DNA of 63,736 nucleotides, the filler included, from Licmophora abbreviata (taxonomy: Eukaryota), in the NCBI GenBank assembly GCA_900291995.1. It is 22 parts of 22 records of this genome, joined end to end, with 100 filler letters (N's around TTAATTAATTAA, not from the genome) between each part and the next. Parts side by side here need not be neighbours in the genome. Positions count along the whole stretch, not along the records: positions 55,869 to 61,324 come from OLMU01002840.1; positions 61,425 to 62,501 come from OLMU01002841.1; positions 62,602 to 63,736 come from OLMU01002860.1; 19 more parts are not named here. One strand, written 5' to 3'. This document shows positions 59,966 through 63,736 of the stretch, piece after piece; positions within the stretch are counted from its first letter, which is position 1, and every line of letters begins with the position of its first letter. The position numbers and the translations under genes are program-made. The notes beneath the pieces were generated by a model that was given only the letters and a program-made list of their open reading frames with translations, was not told where the DNA came from and made no database searches.

Positions 59966-59999
59966 CGAACAGGAGGCACCGGGCCGCAGTCCACCCCGG

Positions 60000-61082
60000 T
60001 CAGCGTACCTTGAGGGTCGCCAATCCGATCATCGCGAGGATCAGCGCGATGATCCAGAAGCGGATGACGATCTGCGGCTCGGCCCAGCCCTTCTTTTCGT
60101 AATGATGGTGGATCGGCGCCATCAGGAACACCCGCTTGCCGGTGCGCTTGAAATAGAGCACCTGGATGATCACGCTGAGCGCCTCGACCACGAACAGACC
60201 GCCGATGATGCCGAGGACGATCTCGTGCTTGGTGGCCACGGCGATCGCGCCGAGCGCGCCGCCAAGGGCCAGCGACCCGGTATCGCCCATGAACACCGCC
60301 GCCGGGGGCGCGTTATACCACAAAAAGCCAAGCCCGCCGCCGAACAGCCCCGCCGCGAAGATCAGGATCTCGCCGGTCCCGGGCACGTAATGCACATCGA
60401 GATATTCGGTGAAATCCACCCGGCCCACCGCATAGGCGATGATGCCGAGCGCGCCGCCCGCGATCATCACCGGCATGATGGCCAGCCCGTCCAGACCATC
60501 GGTCAGGTTCACGGCATTGGCGGAGCCGACGATCACGAACATGGCGAAGGGAATGAAGAACCAGCCCAGATTGAGCAGCACATCCTTGAACACCGGCAAG
60601 GCCAGTTGGTACTGCAGCTCGGGCGGGTGATACCACGCGGCCCAAACCGCCGCGATCGCCGCGATCAGGAAGCCGAGCGCCAGCCGAAGCCGCCCCGGCA
60701 CGCCGGTCACATTCTGCTTGGAGACCTTTGCGTAATCGTCCCAGAAGCCGATCGCGGCGAAAGACAGGGTCACGAACAGCACGATCCAGACATAAGCGTT
60801 ATCAAGCCGTGCCCATAACAGCGTCGACGTCACCAGAGCGCCCACGATCAGCAGACCGCCCATGGTAGGCGTGCCCGATTTGGCCAGATGGGTTTCGGGA
60901 CCGTCGGCGCGGATCGGCTGGCCCTTGCCCTGCCGCTTGCGCAACACGTTGATCAGGGGCAGACCGAAGAGGAAGCCGAAAAACAGCGCAGTCAGGAACG
61001 CGCCGCCTGCACGGAACGTGATATAGCGGAAGAGGTTGAAGAAATCCCCGCCATCCGAAAGCTCGGTCAACCAAAAGAGCAT
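60000..61082 (-). CDS. mraY: Phospho-N-acetylmuramoyl-pentapeptide transferase
   Basis: [35 protein letters not shown]. Confidence 0.98.
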   Translation of the reverse strand: MLFWLTELSDGGDFFNLFRYITFRAGGAFLTALFFGFLFGLPLINVLRKRQGKGQPIRADGPETHLAKSGTPTMGGLLIVGALVTSTLLWARLDNAYVWIVLFVTLSFAAIGFWDDYAKVSKQNVTGVPGRLRLALGFLIAAIAAVWAAWYHPPELQYQLALPVFKDVLLNLGWFFIPFAMFVIVGSANAVNLTDGLDGLAIMPVMIAGGALGIIAYAVGRVDFTEYLDVHYVPGTGEILIFAAGLFGGGLGFLWYNAPPAAVFMGDTGSLALGGALGAIAVATKHEIVLGIIGGLFVVEALSVIIQVLYFKRTGKRVFLMAPIHHHYEKKGWAEPQIVIRFWIIALILAMIGLATLKVR

Positions 61083-61092
61083 AGCAGCATCC

Positions 61093-62501
61093 TTACACGT
61101 CCATGGAGGCCGAGGCACGACCCATCTTGCGGATCGCGGCAACGACCCGGGCCAATCCCATGGAAAGCGACCCTTTGGCAAGCACGACATCGCCAGCATC
61201 CAGGTCACGCGCCACATTTGCGGCCATCTCGTCGGCCGTTTCGGTCCAGCGGCCGCGTTTGCCGTCGGGCAGCGCCTCCCAGAGGTGGCGCATCAGAGGG
61301 CCTACGCAATGCACCCGGTCGATCNNNNNNNNNNNNNNNNNNNNNNNNNNNNNNNNNNNNNNNNNNNNTTAATTAATTAANNNNNNNNNNNNNNNNNNNN
61401 NNNNNNNNNNNNNNNNNNNNNNNNAGATAGGCGATGCGCCGTCCCTTGGAGACCCGTCCCATATCGTTGCTGGGCACGGCGGCGGCCAGCACCTCGAGGG
61501 CGGCACCAAGCGAGGCGGGGTTGGCGTTGTAGCTGTCGTCGATCAGTTCGACCACCACATGCGCATCGACGATGTCGAGAACGATCCGCTCGCGCGCACC
61601 GCGCCCCGATCCCGGCTGCCACTGGCCAAGCGATGTGACGACCTTGGCGCGGTCAAGGCCAAGCGCATGGGTCACCGCCAGCACGCCCATCGCGTTGACC
61701 GCGAAATGCCGCCCCGGAACCATGATCTTGAACAGCACCGGGCTGCGCCAGGCGCGCCCCTCGGCCACGGTGCAGGCGTTCTTGAGCGTGATGCGCGTGA
61801 CGCGGTGATGCATGGAGGGGCTTTCGCCGAAAGACAGCAGATGCGCGGCATGGCGCGCGGCGGTGTCGGCGAGGATCGGGCTGACGGCGAGATCGCCATT
61901 GTAGACGGCGGTCCCCCCCTCTTCGAGCCCTTCAAAGATCGAGGCCTTTTCGCGCGCGATCCCCTCGAGACTTTCGAAGGCCGCCAGATGGGCAGGCGCC
62001 ACGGTGGTGACCATCGCCACATGCGGGCGCGCCATGCGAGACAGCGGCGCAATCTCGCCGGGGTGGTTCATGCCGATCTCGATCACCGCGAATTGGGTGT
62101 CGGCGGGCATTCGCGCCAATGTCAAAGGCACGCCCCAATGGTTGTTGTAGCTGGCTTCGGCGGCATGGGTGCGGCCATGCGACGACAGCACGTCGCGCAG
62201 CATCTCCTTGGTCGAGGTCTTGCCGACCGAGCCGGTGATCGCCACGACACGCGCCTGCGTGCGCGCCCGGGCGGCGCGGCCCATCGCCTCGAGCGCGGTC
62301 TGAACGTCATCGACGATCAGCAGCGGCGCGGTTGTGGCATCGACACCGGGCGGCAGATGGCTGACCAAGGCCGCAGAGGCGCCCTTGTCAAGCGCCTGGG
62401 CCACGAAGTCATGCCCATCGCGGGCGGCGCTGAGGGCCACGAAAAGATCACCGGGCCGAAGCGTGCGGGTGTCAATCGAGACGCCGGTCGCCTCCCAGTC
62501 G
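61093..62501 (-). CDS. murF: UDP-MurNAc-tripeptide:D-Ala-D-Ala ligase (internal gap 61325-61424; 5' end in gap)
   Basis: [35 protein letters not shown]. Confidence 0.96.
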
Positions 62502-62601
62502 NNNNNNNNNNNNNNNNNNNNNNNNNNNNNNNNNNNNNNNNNNNNTTAATTAATTAANNNNNNNNNNNNNNNNNNNNNNNNNNNNNNNNNNNNNNNNNNN
62601 N

Positions 62602-63396
62602 CCCTCTCGCAGCCCCCAGCCGCCGATCGTCAGCGGCACCAGCATCATCAGCAGGATCAGCGGCACAAAGGCCGCCACGGCGGCCGTCGACAGGGGATGC
62701 CCCACCGCCTGCGCGCAAAAGCCGAACGCCGCCAGATTGCAGATCGTGGTCGCAAGGCTGAGCGCGATCTGCGGGCCGATCACGTTGCGCGCGAAAAGGC
62801 ACCGCATCATCCCCTGCCAGACCGGCGCCACCGCGCGCCCGATCCGGCCCCGCATACGGGCCAGCACCGCGACCAAAAACCGGCAAAGCCAGCCCGCAGG
62901 CCAGCCCCAGCACCACGGGCCAGATCAGCCAGTCGGGCCAGACAACGCCCCCCGGCACCGCGACCGTTAGCCCGAACGCCAGCGCCGTGACCACGAAAAG
63001 CCCCATCTGCCCCGCAAGACGCTCGAACACCACCGCCTGACCGGATGCCAGCAACCCCGCCTGCCCCCGCGCGCGGATCGCGCGGCCCGCATCCCCGATC
63101 ACGCCCCCGGGCAGTGATTGGTTCACCACCTGGCTCAGGTAATATTCCCGCACCGCCTCATTGATGCTCAGATGGATGCCCAAGGGCGCCGCCGTCACCC
63201 GCCAGCGCAGCGCCGAAAGCACCGTTTGCAGGCTCAGCGCAACAAGGGCAGCGGCCAGCCAGCGCATATCCGCCCCCGCCAGACTGCGCGCCGCCTCCTC
63301 TCCGCCAGCGACCCGCCACAGCAAGACCAAGAGCCCCACCGCCAGCACCCCTTGCCCCGCGCGGATCGCCGTCCCCCGGATCCCGCTCCGCATCAC
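62602..63396 (-). CDS. LPG-synthase-TM (UPF0104) family membrane protein; frameshift near 62877; 3' end in gap
   Basis: ALRW, NQSLPGGVIGDAGR, ERL; continues in the other frame to PLTIGGWGLRE. Confidence 0.8.
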
Positions 63397-63736
63397 TGCG
63401 TGACCCGCGCTGAACCGGCCTCACGCGCGCCCGGGCTCGAATAGGCCTCGATCAGCAGATCGCGCATCTCCTGCATCCCGCGTATCGGCGTGTCCGGGTC
63501 CGGGATCAGCCCCTCGCTCCAGCCCCAGCTCTCGATCCGCGCCACCAGATGCGGCGGCCCGATCACATGCACCGGCACCTCCGCGCGCGTATCCAGCGCC
63601 ACGAAATCCGCCGCCTGATGATCTCCAAGAACGATCATCAGCGGCGGGGTGCGCGCATGCCGCTCGGCATAGGCGAAGACCACCGACAGCGCATAATCCA
63701 CCGCCTCGCGATACTGCTCGCGCACCCTGTCCCTAT
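63393..63736 (-). CDS. C-terminus of sulfatase/alkaline-phosphatase-superfamily protein (5' end beyond window)
   Basis: Y..AVDYAL, IVLGDHQ, VPVHVI motifs. Confidence 0.7.
   Translation of the reverse strand, partial: RDRVREQYREAVDYALSVVFAYAERHARTPPLMIVLGDHQAADFVALDTRAEVPVHVIGPPHLVARIESWGWSEGLIPDPDTPIRGMQEMRDLLIEAYSSPGAREAGSARVTQ

Overview
GC-rich alphaproteobacterial (Rhodobacteraceae, roseobacter-like) chromosomal DNA from a fragmented draft assembly. Contigs are joined by 21 artificial 100-bp linkers (N44-TTAATTAATTAA-N44), so many genes are split or truncated. In order: the complex I operon nuoA-L with seven interspersed accessory ORFs; a leucine/isovalerate catabolic (liu) cluster containing an AT-rich foreign-looking membrane-protein gene; DegT aminotransferase, gph fragment, glmU-glmS; an orphan sensor kinase; moaA-waaA-GT4; M20 amidohydrolase and a peptide ABC operon without ATPase; a class-V aminotransferase/YeeE divergent pair; a J-domain gene, an ECF sigma/anti-sigma/fasciclin/MsrB module, cobS-cobT, aminopeptidase P, DUF427, ClC, FAD oxidase, recN; part of the dcw cluster (ftsW, murD, mraY, murF); and the end of a sulfatase-like/LPG-synthase-like cluster. 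Mostly housekeeping. The most notable unexplained signal is a dispersed intergenic element of 3-5 tandem 11-bp units (ATACCGACGnn) at three unrelated loci. I saw no rRNA, tRNA, CRISPR or transposase. All family assignments are by motif recognition from memory, not database searches.
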